NCBI GenBank assembly: GCA_902634935.1
Contig: CACPMF010000006.1
Location: forward strand, 521-64,520
Direction: 5' to 3'
From: an uncultured Pelagibacteraceae bacterium
Lineage (GTDB): Bacteria; Pseudomonadota; Alphaproteobacteria; Pelagibacterales; Pelagibacteraceae
Length of the DNA: 64,000 nt
Position 1 is the stretch's first letter, and every line of letters begins with the position of its first letter. Shown piece by piece: positions 24,488 through 35,767 of the stretch. The notes beneath the pieces were generated by a model, which saw only the letters and a program-made list of their open reading frames with translations, searched no databases and had not been told where the DNA came from. The position numbers and the translations under genes are program-made.

Positions 24488-25389
24488 TCAACAATTATTA
24501 TTTCCGTATTAATTGCAACTCCTGTTTTTTTAAAAACTTTATCTCTTACTGTTGTAATTAATTTTTTCATGTCATTAAAGGATGCATCCTTTTTATTGAC
24601 AAAAAAATTTGCATGTTTTTTAGAAATAGCTGCATCACCAAAATTCAAAGAGTTTGGAACTGACTCTCTAATTAATTCCCAAGCTTTTTTTTCTGTTTGA
24701 TCTTTTGGATTTTTAAAAGTACTACCACCTGTTTTTACTTTAGTGGGTTGTGCATTCTTTTTTTGGTGTTTCATTTTTAACATGTTGCTTTGAATTGAAT
24801 TTTGATCTTCTTTTATTCCCTTAAACGTTGCACTTAAAAAAATTAAATCTTTTGATAAATCAGACCCTCTATATTCAAATTTAATATTTTCTCTATTTAT
24901 CATTTTTAAAGATCCATCTTGATCAATACACTGTATAGAAATTAAGATATCTTTGAATTCTCTTTCGAAACAACCTGAGTTCATTCGAATTCCTCCACCT
25001 ACAGAACCTGGTATGCATGATAAAAATTCCATTCCACTTAGATTATTTTCCATAGAAAATTCTGAGAGTTTTTTTTGAGTGACACCACATCCAGCATTAA
25101 TCATATTTTTATTAAAAATAGTTAAATTTTGAAAACTTTTGCCTAACTTAATTACTGCGCCACTGTAAATTCCATCTGTGATCAACACATTAGACCCAGC
25201 TCCCAGAACAAAAATTTTACCTCTTTTTTTATAAACCTTTAAAAAATCTATTAATCCCTTAAGAGAATTTGCTTTAAAAAAGATTTTTGCCTTACCTCCA
25301 ATATTAAACCAATTTAATTTTTTTAAATCATATTCAAATTGAATCTCTCCTTCAGTGGAATTTAAATTTTTAAAATCGTCAATTTGCAT
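24484..25389 (-). CDS. murB: UDP-N-acetylenolpyruvoylglucosamine reductase
   Basis: IGGKA, GAGSNVL, IPGSVGG, GSTFKNP, KHANFFVN. Confidence 0.95.
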   Translation of the reverse strand: MQIDDFKNLNSTEGEIQFEYDLKKLNWFNIGGKAKIFFKANSLKGLIDFLKVYKKRGKIFVLGAGSNVLITDGIYSGAVIKLGKSFQNLTIFNKNMINAGCGVTQKKLSEFSMENNLSGMEFLSCIPGSVGGGIRMNSGCFEREFKDILISIQCIDQDGSLKMINRENIKFEYRGSDLSKDLIFLSATFKGIKEDQNSIQSNMLKMKHQKKNAQPTKVKTGGSTFKNPKDQTEKKAWELIRESVPNSLNFGDAAISKKHANFFVNKKDASFNDMKKLITTVRDKVFKKTGVAINTEIIIVE

Positions 25390-26777
25390 TAAAATTTATT
25401 TAAATTTTTTATCCAACTTGATATGGTGCCTGCCCCCATTCCAATATAAATTTTTTCACCATACCCAGTTTGTCTTATTAATTTTTTTAGTTCATTTTCA
25501 TTTTCAATTTTAATTAAATTTACTTTTGAGTTTTTAATTATTAATTTTGCAAAACTTTCATAGGAGAAACCTAATCTAATATTTTCACTTGCTTTATAAA
25601 TTGGACATAGAATAACAGTATTTGCTTTTTTAAATGATTTTGAAAATTCTTTTTTAAGATGTTTAACTCTTGATATTCGATGAGGTTGAAACACACATAT
25701 TATCTCTTTTTTTTTATATACCTCTTTTACTCCATCTAAAACTGAAGATATTTCTGTAGGATGGTGAGCATAATCATCAAAGAATAAAGCCTTGTTCATT
25801 TCAAATATAAAATTAAATCTTCTCTCTACCCCTTTAAAATTTCTTAGACCAGACTTAATAACTTTCGTGTTTATTCCTATTAAAAAAGAAATCGCAGCAC
25901 ATGATGCTGCATTCTTAATATTATGAATGCCTATTAAAGGTATCTTAATTTTTTTAATTTCTTTTTTGTTACCAGGTATTTTAATTTTTAAATTAAATTC
26001 AGAGAATTTTTCTTTTTGTAAAATATTTGTAATATGAAAATTTGCATCTTTTGATAATCCATATGTATAAAAATTTTTATTGTTTGTTTTTTTGATTACT
26101 TCTTTAATATTTTTATCATCAATACATAAAAAGGTTTTCCCTAGTGAGGGAGTTTTTTCTATAAAGCTTGAAAAGTTTTTTTTCAAATTTTTAAGAGATT
26201 TATAAAAATCCAGGTGTTCGGCATCAATATTTGTAATTATAGAATATGTAAAAGGTATTTTTAAAAAGCTTCCATCAGACTCATCAGATTCAATTAAGCA
26301 CCAATTACTTTTTCCAAGTTTAGCTGAGTTACCAAATGAATTTAAAACTCCTCCATTAATTATGGTTGGATCCAATTTGGCGCTTCCAAATATACTAGAT
26401 AGTAATGATGTTGTAGTTGTTTTTCCATGAGATCCTGTGACTACAATATTTTTCATTAAAGAAACAATATGACCAAGCATTTCTCCTCTTGTATATATTG
26501 GTAACTTTAATTTTTTTGCTTGAACTAATTCAGGATTATTCTTTTTTATTGCTGTTGAAATTACAAGAACAGTACTATTTTTTAAATTTTTTTTATTATG
26601 ATTTAGGAAGATTGGTATTTTTTTTTGTTTTAATCTATCAATATTCTTATTTTCTGAAATATCACTACCTTGAACTCTGAAACCAAGACCGTTCATTATT
26701 AAAGCCAAGCCACTCATACCTATTCCGCCTATTCCAATAAAGTGAATTAGCTCTCTTTTTCCTAAATTAATTTTCAT
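25389..26777 (-). CDS. murC: UDP-MurNAc-L-alanine ligase
   Basis: GIGGIGMSG, GSHGKTTTT, ESDESD, DDYAHHPTEI, FQPHR. Confidence 0.96.
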   Translation of the reverse strand: MKINLGKRELIHFIGIGGIGMSGLALIMNGLGFRVQGSDISENKNIDRLKQKKIPIFLNHNKKNLKNSTVLVISTAIKKNNPELVQAKKLKLPIYTRGEMLGHIVSLMKNIVVTGSHGKTTTTSLLSSIFGSAKLDPTIINGGVLNSFGNSAKLGKSNWCLIESDESDGSFLKIPFTYSIITNIDAEHLDFYKSLKNLKKNFSSFIEKTPSLGKTFLCIDDKNIKEVIKKTNNKNFYTYGLSKDANFHITNILQKEKFSEFNLKIKIPGNKKEIKKIKIPLIGIHNIKNAASCAAISFLIGINTKVIKSGLRNFKGVERRFNFIFEMNKALFFDDYAHHPTEISSVLDGVKEVYKKKEIICVFQPHRISRVKHLKKEFSKSFKKANTVILCPIYKASENIRLGFSYESFAKLIIKNSKVNLIKIENENELKKLIRQTGYGEKIYIGMGAGTISSWIKNLNKF

Positions 26778-27831
26778 TGATAAGGTCTATCAATTTTTTA
26801 TTTACATTATTCCAGCTGTTTTGGTTAGTAATTTTTGACAAATTATTTTTTTTTTCTTCATGATCTTTCTTATCTTTAAATATATTTATAAAATTTATGC
26901 TGTTAAGATCGTTTTGTTTTATTAACCAACAACAATTATTTTCCTCGTATACCTTGGCGTTATAAAATTGATGATTATCTTTAGCAAATGGGAAAGGTAT
27001 TGCTAAAAAAGGTATGTTTAAATGTGCTAATTCTGCAATTGCAGAGGCGCCTGATCTTGTTATTGCGATATCTATATCATTAATTTTTGTATGAAGATTT
27101 TCATCAAAATCAAATAATTCATATTTAAAATTAGATTTTTGATAACAATCATTAATTCTTTTTCTTTCATTTATATTTAAAACTTGTTGCTTAACTGCAA
27201 TGTTTAGTTCTTTTGATAACTCCAAAATGTATTTTGTTATTTGTTTATCGAAAAAAATAGATCCTTGACTTCCTCCAACTATTAAAATTTTAATAACTTT
27301 TTTTTGTAAATGTTGAGGATTTTTTTCTGCTTCATAAATTTCTTTTCGCAAAATTGGAGCAATCAATGTAATTTTACCAAAATATTTTTTGGGAAATAAT
27401 TTCAAGTTTTTATCGTAACATAAAATCTTTTTTGCAATTTTAATCATATATTTATTTGACCGTCCAATCACACTATTTGGTTCAAATAAAACAATCTCAC
27501 AATTTAAAAATAAAGATGCAAAACAAAATGGAAAGGACATATACCCACCTGTGCTTATAATTTTGCTTATATTATTTTTTTTTAAGTAATTATATGACTC
27601 TAACATTACATAAATAAATTTAAATATTTTAAATGGTAGAGACCAAATATTACTAAATAAGTTTGGTACTTTTATTAAATTATATTCGTAATCTTGTTTA
27701 TTTATAAATTTAGTACCCCTTTCATCTGTGGCTATACGAACATCAAAATTATTTTTTAAATGATCAAAAATTGTAAGAGCGGGTATTACATGGCCACCTG
27801 AGCCACCCGTTACGATTAATATTTTTGTCAT
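26767..27831 (-). CDS. murG: Lipid II GlcNAc transferase
   Basis: GGSGGHVIP, TGGY, EPNS, GGSQG, RSGAS, HQFYNA. Confidence 0.95.
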   Translation of the reverse strand: MTKILIVTGGSGGHVIPALTIFDHLKNNFDVRIATDERGTKFINKQDYEYNLIKVPNLFSNIWSLPFKIFKFIYVMLESYNYLKKNNISKIISTGGYMSFPFCFASLFLNCEIVLFEPNSVIGRSNKYMIKIAKKILCYDKNLKLFPKKYFGKITLIAPILRKEIYEAEKNPQHLQKKVIKILIVGGSQGSIFFDKQITKYILELSKELNIAVKQQVLNINERKRINDCYQKSNFKYELFDFDENLHTKINDIDIAITRSGASAIAELAHLNIPFLAIPFPFAKDNHQFYNAKVYEENNCCWLIKQNDLNSINFINIFKDKKDHEEKKNNLSKITNQNSWNNVNKKLIDLINEN

Positions 27832-28940
27832 ACCTCTGACAATCTTCTTTTTGTTAAGTTAAGTATTATACCTGAAACTAAAGCTGTACTAATTATAGAT
27901 GAGCCACCATAACTTAAAAATGGCAGGGTCATACCAGTAGTAGGCAACAATCTAATATTTACTCCAACATGTACAAATGTTTGTAACAATATCAATGTTA
28001 CACATCCAATTAAGATCAATTTATTTTTTTCTGAAATAGTATTATTAATTTTTTTGATCACATTATAAGAGAAGACTAAATATAAAATCATTATCAAAAT
28101 TACAATAATAGCTCCAAACTCTTCTGATATAACAGAGATTATATAATCAGTGTGCGCTTCAGGAACTTTTGAATTTAATGTTCCTTCACCGATCCCTCTA
28201 CCAAAAAATCCTCCACCAGAAATTGCATCACTTGCTCGATCCGCTTGGTAATTATTTCCACTACTAGTATTCAAAAAAGATAGAAGTCTTATTTTTATGT
28301 ATTCAAACTTTGATACAAAAAATATTAAATATGTTGATATTGATATTGTAAAAATAAAAAACAAAAAGAATAAATATATGTTTATTCCTGAAACAAATAT
28401 TAGTGTTAACCATACCATGGTAATTAATAACGTTTGGCCAAGATCGGGCTGTGAGATTAAAAGAAGTATAACTGGCAAAAGAACAATGCCACTTAATAAA
28501 TATTTGTAAAAAATATTTTTATTTAAACAGAGCATAATTGAGACTAAAACTATAAAGTATGGTTTTAACAATTCTATAGGTTGAAAGCGTGGTAAAACCC
28601 CTAAATCAAGCCATCTTTTTGATCCTTTTACTTCTATACCCACAAATGGAACCATTAAAAGAAACACTAGTGTGATAAAAAAAAGAATTAATGAGATTTT
28701 AATCAAGATATCTTCTTTTAAAATTGAGAGAAAAAATAGTATTGAAGCTCCCAACCCAATAAAAATTAAGTGTTTGATAAAAAAGTAATATGAGTTCGTA
28801 TCAAGTTTGTCAGAAGCAATTAAAGATGTCGATACTAAAGAGAAGAAAAGACCTAAAAAAAATAAAACTGCAATAAGAAAAAGGATAAATTTATCTATAT
28901 TCTTCCACCAATCATAAAAATTTTCAAAAAATCTATGCAT
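27828..28940 (-). CDS. ftsW: SEDS peptidoglycan polymerase FtsW
   Basis: GSKRWL, QPIELLK, QPDLG, PEAHTDY, LPFLSYGGSS. Confidence 0.95.
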   Translation of the reverse strand: MHRFFENFYDWWKNIDKFILFLIAVLFFLGLFFSLVSTSLIASDKLDTNSYYFFIKHLIFIGLGASILFFLSILKEDILIKISLILFFITLVFLLMVPFVGIEVKGSKRWLDLGVLPRFQPIELLKPYFIVLVSIMLCLNKNIFYKYLLSGIVLLPVILLLISQPDLGQTLLITMVWLTLIFVSGINIYLFFLFFIFTISISTYLIFFVSKFEYIKIRLLSFLNTSSGNNYQADRASDAISGGGFFGRGIGEGTLNSKVPEAHTDYIISVISEEFGAIIVILIMILYLVFSYNVIKKINNTISEKNKLILIGCVTLILLQTFVHVGVNIRLLPTTGMTLPFLSYGGSSIISTALVSGIILNLTKRRLSEV

Positions 28941-30231
28941 TTATATATTTTTTAAGCAGTTGATTAAAATATCTTCCTCTTTCCTCAAAATTTTTAAACT
29001 GATCAAATGAAGCTGCTGCAGGACTGAATAAAATAGTTTTTTTTCCATTTTTATTTTTTTTAATATCTAAAAATAATTTAGAAAGAATATCCTTTAGATT
29101 TTTTGATGAATGCAATCTGCATTTATTTTTCAGTACATTTAAAAAAAATGCTTTGTTAGTTCCATAGATATAGGCTTTTATTTTCTTAAAATATTTTTTA
29201 TTTAAATTTAGCTTATCACCCTTCTTTGCTAAGCCGCCTAAAATCCAATAGATATTTTCGTATGATTGTAACAATGGCACTGTTGATGAAAATGATGTTG
29301 ATTTTGAATCATTAATTATCAAAAATTTTTTTTTATTATAAACAATCTGTTGTCTATAATTTAATCCTTTGAAACTATTTACTACTTTTAAAATTTTTGA
29401 TTTATCAAGTTTTAAGATGTTAGAAAGCTTTAATACAAATGATAAATTTTTTATATTTGATAAATTTTTAAAATAATTATTATTTATTCTTTTATAAAAG
29501 CTATTATATTCTTTAAAGTCTACTTTTTTTATTTTAGACTTAACCTTTTGTGATCTTAAAATATCTTTAATTAGCCCATTATTTTTTTCGATAAGCGCAA
29601 TTGATTTTTTGCTCTGTTTTTTAATTAATTTTAATTTAGCATTTATATAATTTTGAAAAGTTTTATGCCTTTCTAAATGATCGGGGGCAATATTCAAAAT
29701 TAGAGCTATATTAGTTTCAAAATATTTGCTGTAGTCGATTTGATATGATGATGCCTCAATAACAAAAATAGTATTTTTTTTTATATTTTTTTCTTTTAAA
29801 ATTGGGTTTCCAATATTACCAACCAATCTAACATCTTTTTTATGATATTTTAAAACTTCATAAATTAATTTAGATGTAGTTGATTTTCCATTGGTTCCTG
29901 TTATTGTAATTTTATTTAAATTTGGATATGTTTTATAAAAAATATCTAGCTCACTAATTATTTTGATTTTATTTTTTTTTAAAAACTTAGATAAAATACA
30001 GTTATTTATATCAATTCCAGGACTTAAAAAAATATAATCAAAATTTATTTTTTTTATTCTATCTGGAGAAAAAAAGTAATTACTATATTTTTTTTTTTTT
30101 ATTGAAAAATTATCATCAAAAACTAATAGGTTATTATTTCTATTTAAAAAGTCAAAACAAGCACTTCCAGATTTTCCTAATCCATAAATTAAAATTTTTT
30201 TTTTATAAAAAAAATTTTCTTTTAATTTCAT
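28933..30231 (-). CDS. murD: UDP-MurNAc-L-Ala-D-Glu ligase
   Basis: GLGKSG, TGTNGKSTT, GNIG, EASSYQ, DHLERH, NDSKST, SFDQFKNFEERG; start at ATG 30231 overlapping the mraY TAA. Confidence 0.95.
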   Translation of the reverse strand: MKLKENFFYKKKILIYGLGKSGSACFDFLNRNNNLLVFDDNFSIKKKKYSNYFFSPDRIKKINFDYIFLSPGIDINNCILSKFLKKNKIKIISELDIFYKTYPNLNKITITGTNGKSTTSKLIYEVLKYHKKDVRLVGNIGNPILKEKNIKKNTIFVIEASSYQIDYSKYFETNIALILNIAPDHLERHKTFQNYINAKLKLIKKQSKKSIALIEKNNGLIKDILRSQKVKSKIKKVDFKEYNSFYKRINNNYFKNLSNIKNLSFVLKLSNILKLDKSKILKVVNSFKGLNYRQQIVYNKKKFLIINDSKSTSFSSTVPLLQSYENIYWILGGLAKKGDKLNLNKKYFKKIKAYIYGTNKAFFLNVLKNKCRLHSSKNLKDILSKLFLDIKKNKNGKKTILFSPAAASFDQFKNFEERGRYFNQLLKKYINA

Positions 30232-31316
30232 TATCTTAATTTTAGAGTTGCAATTCCTATTAATGCTAAAATTATAGATATAATCCAAAATCTAATTACA
30301 ACAGTTGACTCTGGCCATCCTTTTTTCTCAAAATGATGATGTATTGGAGCCATTCTAAAAATTCTTTTTCCAGTCAATTTAAATGAAATAACCTGCACAA
30401 TTACAGATATAGCCTCCAAAACAAACAAACCACCCGTAATAGCTAAAACAATTTCATGTTTTGTTATTATTCCAACAGCCCCTAATGACCCGCCCAAAGA
30501 AAGTGACCCAGTGTCACCCATAAAAATTTTTGCAGGTGGTGCATTAAACCAAAGAAAACCAAGGCACGCTCCTATTATTGCACCACAAAATATTGAGGCC
30601 TCTCCAACACCCTCTATGTAAGGAATTTGCAAATAACCTGAAAAAACTATGTTTCCAGAAACATAGCTTATCAATGCAAAACATGATGCTACGAGTATTA
30701 CTGGAACTGTTGCTAAACCATCTAAACCATCAGTCAAGTTAACAGCATTAGATGAGCCCACAAGTACAAAAATATAAAATGGTATAAAAAACCAACCTAA
30801 ATTAATAACTAAATTTTTTAAAAATGGGAAATATAGATTTTCTATTTCATCTGATACACCTGAATAATATAAAATTAATATCCCAACAACTGCTAAAAAT
30901 ATTTGAATTGTAATTTTAAATTTAGAAGAAACGCCACTTGAATTGTTAAATTTTATTTTTTTGTAATCATCATAGGCACCTAACAGTCCAAATGTACCAG
31001 CAATATAAATAAGAAACCAATTATATGGATTTGATAAATCTCCCCATAAAAGGACACCCGAAAAAACACCAAACAATATTAATACCCCCCCCATTGTAGG
31101 TGTTCCAATTTTTTTTACTATATGTTCATCTGGTCCATCATCTCGGATCGGATTGTGTATTTTTTTTGATGAGAAATATCTAATAAATGGTCCGCCAGCT
31201 ATAAATACTACGATCATTGCAGTAAACATTGATAATACTGTTCGGACAGTCAGATATTTAAAAACATTAAAAAAACTAAAAGTATCAACTAAATTTGAAA
31301 ATAAAATATAAAGCAT
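30231..31316 (-). CDS. mraY: Phospho-MurNAc-pentapeptide transferase
   Basis: TPTMGG, NAVNLTDGLDG, FMGDTGS, MAPIHHHFE. Confidence 0.97.
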   Translation of the reverse strand: MLYILFSNLVDTFSFFNVFKYLTVRTVLSMFTAMIVVFIAGGPFIRYFSSKKIHNPIRDDGPDEHIVKKIGTPTMGGVLILFGVFSGVLLWGDLSNPYNWFLIYIAGTFGLLGAYDDYKKIKFNNSSGVSSKFKITIQIFLAVVGILILYYSGVSDEIENLYFPFLKNLVINLGWFFIPFYIFVLVGSSNAVNLTDGLDGLATVPVILVASCFALISYVSGNIVFSGYLQIPYIEGVGEASIFCGAIIGACLGFLWFNAPPAKIFMGDTGSLSLGGSLGAVGIITKHEIVLAITGGLFVLEAISVIVQVISFKLTGKRIFRMAPIHHHFEKKGWPESTVVIRFWIISIILALIGIATLKLR

Positions 31317-31319
31317 AAA

Positions 31320-34142
31320 TTAATTTAATTTTTTTATTATTTCATTTAATCCGGTCGAATTTGATCCTTTCACCATAAGATAATCATTATTATGAATTTC
31401 ATCATTTATAAATCTTAATATTTCACTATTAGATTTGAAGATTTTGCCTTTCTTTTGTGTTCTTAATTTGTTGAAAGTATAAATTATATCTTTGCCACAT
31501 ACATAAACTTTGGATATTTGAGTTTTATTAATATTATTTGCAATATCAGAGTGTAATTTTTTTGAAAATTTACCAAGTTCTAACATATCTCCAAGCAGCA
31601 AATATTTAGCATTTCGTGTTTCAATTTTATCAAATTTTTCAATAGAAAATTTCAGTGATAATGGGTTTGAATTATAGCTTTCATCAATTAATTGGATTGT
31701 CTTTTTTTTAATTTTAATTTTTTTTAAGTTACCTCTGCCTGATGGATGAATGTAATCTTTGAATATATTTTTATTTAATTTATCGATTTTTATGAAATTC
31801 GAAATTAATGCAACAGCTGCTGCTAAATTAAGCTTATAATTATATAAATCTTTATTTATTTTAAATTTGTATTTTTTATTATTTGATTTTATTTCGACAA
31901 TTTTTTTTATTCTATTTTTTTTATTATCTATAAATTGAAAATCTGATTTATTTTTAATACTAAAGGAAATTATCTTTAATCCTCTATTTAATGCCCGTTC
32001 TTTTAAAAAACTATAGAAAACATCATCTGCATTTAAGATGATCCTGCCTCCACTAGTGATATTTTTTATAATTTCGGCTTTTGCCTCTGCAATTCCCTTT
32101 ATTGATTTAAAGTTTTTGATATGCGCATAAGATATATTTGTTATTACTCCAATATCGGGTTTAATTAAATTAGACAACTTGTGAATTTCACCTTTCTTAT
32201 CCATTCCAATTTCAAACACTCCAATTTTATGTTTCTTATCAATATTAAATAACGACAATGGAACTCCATATTGATTGTTGAATGATTTTTTTGAATATGA
32301 AGTTGGTATTAAAGTATTAAGACTCTGACCAATTAGCTCTTTTAAAGAAGTTTTACCAGCAGATCCTGTAATTGCGACAATGGGTGTTCCTAATGATTTA
32401 CGTATTATACATGATAAATTTGAAAAAGTTTTAAGTGTATCTTTTACAAATATTTTTCTTGGATTTTTTTTTGAATAATTTTTTTCTAATATACAAATAG
32501 ATGCTTTTTTCTTAAGAGCTTCATCGGCAAACTTGTTTCCATCAATATTCTTTCCTTTAATACCAAAAAAAATATTATTTTTTTTTATATCTTTTGAATT
32601 AATAGATGCTTTATTAATTAAAAAGTTGTTATTAATTTTTATATTTAAGTATTCATTAATGATATTTACCTTTAAATTCTTAGATAATTTTTTATTTTTT
32701 TTATGAATAGCATCAATCATACAAGCTTTATCTGAAAAAAATTTCTTAGTTTTGTATTCTTGGTAATTTTCGTGACCTTTTCCTGCCACTATCAATATCT
32801 CATCAGATCTTAAATCTTTTATTGCCTTTTCAATTGCTTTTTTTCTTGAAGGAATTTCAACTAATTTTGATTTTAAAATCTTAGCTTTGATATTGTTTCT
32901 TATTTTTTTTGGACTTTCTGTTCTAGGATTGTCGTCAGTTAAATATATTTTATCACATAAATCATTAGCAATTTTGCCCATAATTGATCTCTTTGTTTTA
33001 TCCCTATCTCCCCCGCAACCAAAAACTAGATTTACTTTTCGATGTTTAAACTGCTCTTTAATGTTTAAAACACAGGTCTTCAGCGCATCAGGTGTGTGAG
33101 CATAATCTAAAATAGCTATTGAATTATTTTTAAATTTCCCTATTTCTTCAAAACGACCTGGTACAGCTTTAATATTTTCTACAGATTTAAGAATATTGTC
33201 TAATTTTATATTACTTTTATATGCAGCTAGAATTGACATTAAAAGATTTTTAATTTGGATCTTGCCAATCAATTGAGTTTTTAAATTATATTTTTTTTTA
33301 TTAAATGAAAATGTTAATTCTTGTTTGTTATCAACAATAGAGTATTTTTCAATTAATAAGTCGCCATTTAATTCTCCAATTGTAAATTTTTTAATTTTAT
33401 TTTTTTTACAAATATTTTTTAAAATTTTTGCATATTTTATGTCTTCATCAAAAATAGCAAAAGATCCTTTTTTCATCAATTTCTTAAACAAAATTAATTT
33501 TGCATTTAAATAATCTTTTAAGGTTTTGTGATAATCTAAATGATCTCTGCTTAGATTTGTAAATATTCCAACGTTAAATTTTAATCCATCAAGCCGATGT
33601 TGTTTTAACCCATGACTTGATGCTTCTAATATCACATTATTAATTTTTTTTTTTTCTAAATAATTTAAATTCTTTCCAATTTTTATTGGATCAAAAGTAG
33701 TATTTGATGTATTTTCGATTTTTTTTTTTCCGCTAATTCCAAGGGTACCGAAAGATGCTACCTTTTTTTTGTTTTTTTTTAAAATTTGATGATAAAAATT
33801 TGCAATTGAAGTTTTTCCATTAGTGCCTGTAACAGCAATTAGATTTTGTGGTTTTTTTTTAAAAATTTGTGAAGACAAATTAGATAATATTTGTCTTGGA
33901 TTTTTTTGTTTTAAATAAATAATATTATTTTTAGTTTGATTTTTAAATTTTGATGAAATAATAATTTTTGCTCCATTTTTGATTGCATCATTTATATAAT
34001 TGTTTCCATCAAACCTATCTCCTTTAATTGCAATAAATATGTAATTTTTTTTTATCTCTTTTGAATTAAATGCTAATCCTGAGAAATTTAAATTTTTAAA
34101 TTTTTTATTTATATTTGGAAGATAATCTTTAAGTAACATCAT
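31320..34142 (-). CDS. murEF: Bifunctional MurE-MurF fusion (meso-DAP ligase + D-Ala-D-Ala-adding ligase)
   Basis: One 940-aa ORF. MurE half: TGTNGKT, DHLDYH, DYAHTPD, DNPR, AGKGHE. MurF half: TGSAGKT, NNQYGVP, DESYNSNP, GDMLELG, KGS. Confidence 0.95.
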   Translation of the reverse strand: MMLLKDYLPNINKKFKNLNFSGLAFNSKEIKKNYIFIAIKGDRFDGNNYINDAIKNGAKIIISSKFKNQTKNNIIYLKQKNPRQILSNLSSQIFKKKPQNLIAVTGTNGKTSIANFYHQILKKNKKKVASFGTLGISGKKKIENTSNTTFDPIKIGKNLNYLEKKKINNVILEASSHGLKQHRLDGLKFNVGIFTNLSRDHLDYHKTLKDYLNAKLILFKKLMKKGSFAIFDEDIKYAKILKNICKKNKIKKFTIGELNGDLLIEKYSIVDNKQELTFSFNKKKYNLKTQLIGKIQIKNLLMSILAAYKSNIKLDNILKSVENIKAVPGRFEEIGKFKNNSIAILDYAHTPDALKTCVLNIKEQFKHRKVNLVFGCGGDRDKTKRSIMGKIANDLCDKIYLTDDNPRTESPKKIRNNIKAKILKSKLVEIPSRKKAIEKAIKDLRSDEILIVAGKGHENYQEYKTKKFFSDKACMIDAIHKKNKKLSKNLKVNIINEYLNIKINNNFLINKASINSKDIKKNNIFFGIKGKNIDGNKFADEALKKKASICILEKNYSKKNPRKIFVKDTLKTFSNLSCIIRKSLGTPIVAITGSAGKTSLKELIGQSLNTLIPTSYSKKSFNNQYGVPLSLFNIDKKHKIGVFEIGMDKKGEIHKLSNLIKPDIGVITNISYAHIKNFKSIKGIAEAKAEIIKNITSGGRIILNADDVFYSFLKERALNRGLKIISFSIKNKSDFQFIDNKKNRIKKIVEIKSNNKKYKFKINKDLYNYKLNLAAAVALISNFIKIDKLNKNIFKDYIHPSGRGNLKKIKIKKKTIQLIDESYNSNPLSLKFSIEKFDKIETRNAKYLLLGDMLELGKFSKKLHSDIANNINKTQISKVYVCGKDIIYTFNKLRTQKKGKIFKSNSEILRFINDEIHNNDYLMVKGSNSTGLNEIIKKLN

Positions 34143-34150
34143 TTACGCTC

Positions 34151-35767
34151 TTAATATTTTGTGGCTAAAATTGGCCCAATTTTATCTATTATTTGACCTG
34201 TAACCCAGACGGTAGTCCATCCCGCAGTGTTTCTCCAATTTCCTTTATAAGTTTGTCTTCCATCTCTATAATTATAAACAAACTCTTTATTTGGTTTCGG
34301 GTCATCTAACATTACTACTAAAGCAAACTTTGGATCTGAAGTAGGAAAGACAGAAGCAAAAGTATTAATTTTTTTCTTTGAATATCCACCATCTGCTGGT
34401 TGATCGGCAGTACCTGTTTTTCCTCCAACTTCGAAACCAGTTACATTTGCAAATCCAGCTGTTCCCTCTTTTGTTGATACTATTTTTCTTAATATTGGAT
34501 TAATTAGATTTGAAACATCTTGATTAATTAATCTTAGTTTATCGTGTTCATCTTTTTTTTTATTTATCAATGTTGGATTTATTTCATATCCACCATTAGT
34601 AATAATGGAGTAACCTTTTGTGAGTTGTAAAAGTGTAGTAGCTATACCGTGTCCAAATGCAACCGTAGCAAGCTTACATTTACCCCATTTTCCAATTTGT
34701 GTAGTTCCAATTTCATCTGTATCAAATGTAAGTTGGTTTAATATTCCAATTTTTACTAAAAAATTCTCAAAATTATCTATTCCTACCTTTTGGGCAATAC
34801 GAACAGATCCTATATTTCCAGATCTTATTAAAATTTGTTCTGCGGTTAAATTTGAAGGAATTTTATTGTCATACTCTTCTATAGAATTTTTATTACAAGT
34901 AATTTTTTTTTTTAGATTGGTGAATTCTGTTTCTGGGCTAACTACATCATAATTTATTCCAGCAGCTAAAGTGAATGTTTTAAAAACTGATCCAAGTTCA
35001 TAAACTCCCTTCGTTGCTCTATTTATATATTTTAAATCCTCAAGATTTTTTCTTTTGTTTAAATCAAAATCTGGAAGAGAAATCATTGATAGTATTTCTC
35101 CATTATGAATATTCATTAATATCGCTGCACTTCCAACGTTTTTGAAAATATCTTCAGCCTTTACCAGCTCTTCTCTTATTAAGTATTGCAGTTCTTTATC
35201 AACAGTAAGTTTTAAAGCTTCTTTTGAAGACCTTAACTCATAATCAAAACTTTTTTCTAATCCGGATATACCATTATTATCATTATCTATTTGACCTATA
35301 ATATGGCTAAACAATTCTCCGTTTGGATACACTCTTGCAATTTTTTCTTCTAATCTAAATGCCTTTTCTCCTAATTTCAAAACTGCTTCTAATTTTTCTG
35401 GTGATATTTTTTTTTTTACATAAAAAAATTTTTTTCCATTTATTTGATCTTTGAAGTTTTTATTAGGAAATAATAATTTTAGAGATAATAATAGTTTTTT
35501 TTTGTCGACAACTAACTTTGGATCTATTCCTAAGTTAGTTATTCTTACTGATTTAGCCAAAATATCACCTTCTCTATCAATAATACTAGATCTGAAATTT
35601 TCTTTTTTTTTTATAATTTTTTGATCAGGTAGATCATTATAACTAAGAAATAAAATTTTAGCTGAAAACAACAAAGAAATAATAAAAAAGATAAAAAATA
35701 TAAAAGCAATTCTCTCAAAGGAAATTTTTAAATTTGATTTCTTTTCAACAAACTTAAATTCACTCAT
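34151..35767 (-). CDS. ftsI: Septal transpeptidase PBP3
   Basis: SVFK, SGN and KTGT catalytic motifs; N-terminal TM. Confidence 0.93.
   Translation of the reverse strand: MSEFKFVEKKSNLKISFERIAFIFFIFFIISLLFSAKILFLSYNDLPDQKIIKKKENFRSSIIDREGDILAKSVRITNLGIDPKLVVDKKKLLLSLKLLFPNKNFKDQINGKKFFYVKKKISPEKLEAVLKLGEKAFRLEEKIARVYPNGELFSHIIGQIDNDNNGISGLEKSFDYELRSSKEALKLTVDKELQYLIREELVKAEDIFKNVGSAAILMNIHNGEILSMISLPDFDLNKRKNLEDLKYINRATKGVYELGSVFKTFTLAAGINYDVVSPETEFTNLKKKITCNKNSIEEYDNKIPSNLTAEQILIRSGNIGSVRIAQKVGIDNFENFLVKIGILNQLTFDTDEIGTTQIGKWGKCKLATVAFGHGIATTLLQLTKGYSIITNGGYEINPTLINKKKDEHDKLRLINQDVSNLINPILRKIVSTKEGTAGFANVTGFEVGGKTGTADQPADGGYSKKKINTFASVFPTSDPKFALVVMLDDPKPNKEFVYNYRDGRQTYKGNWRNTAGWTTVWVTGQIIDKIGPILATKY

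Noticed and set aside
30088-30100. 13-nt homopolymer in murD (and similar tracts in murEF and dnaG) as phase-variation sites
   Set aside because: In-frame poly-Lys codons in essential genes; expected from extreme AT bias
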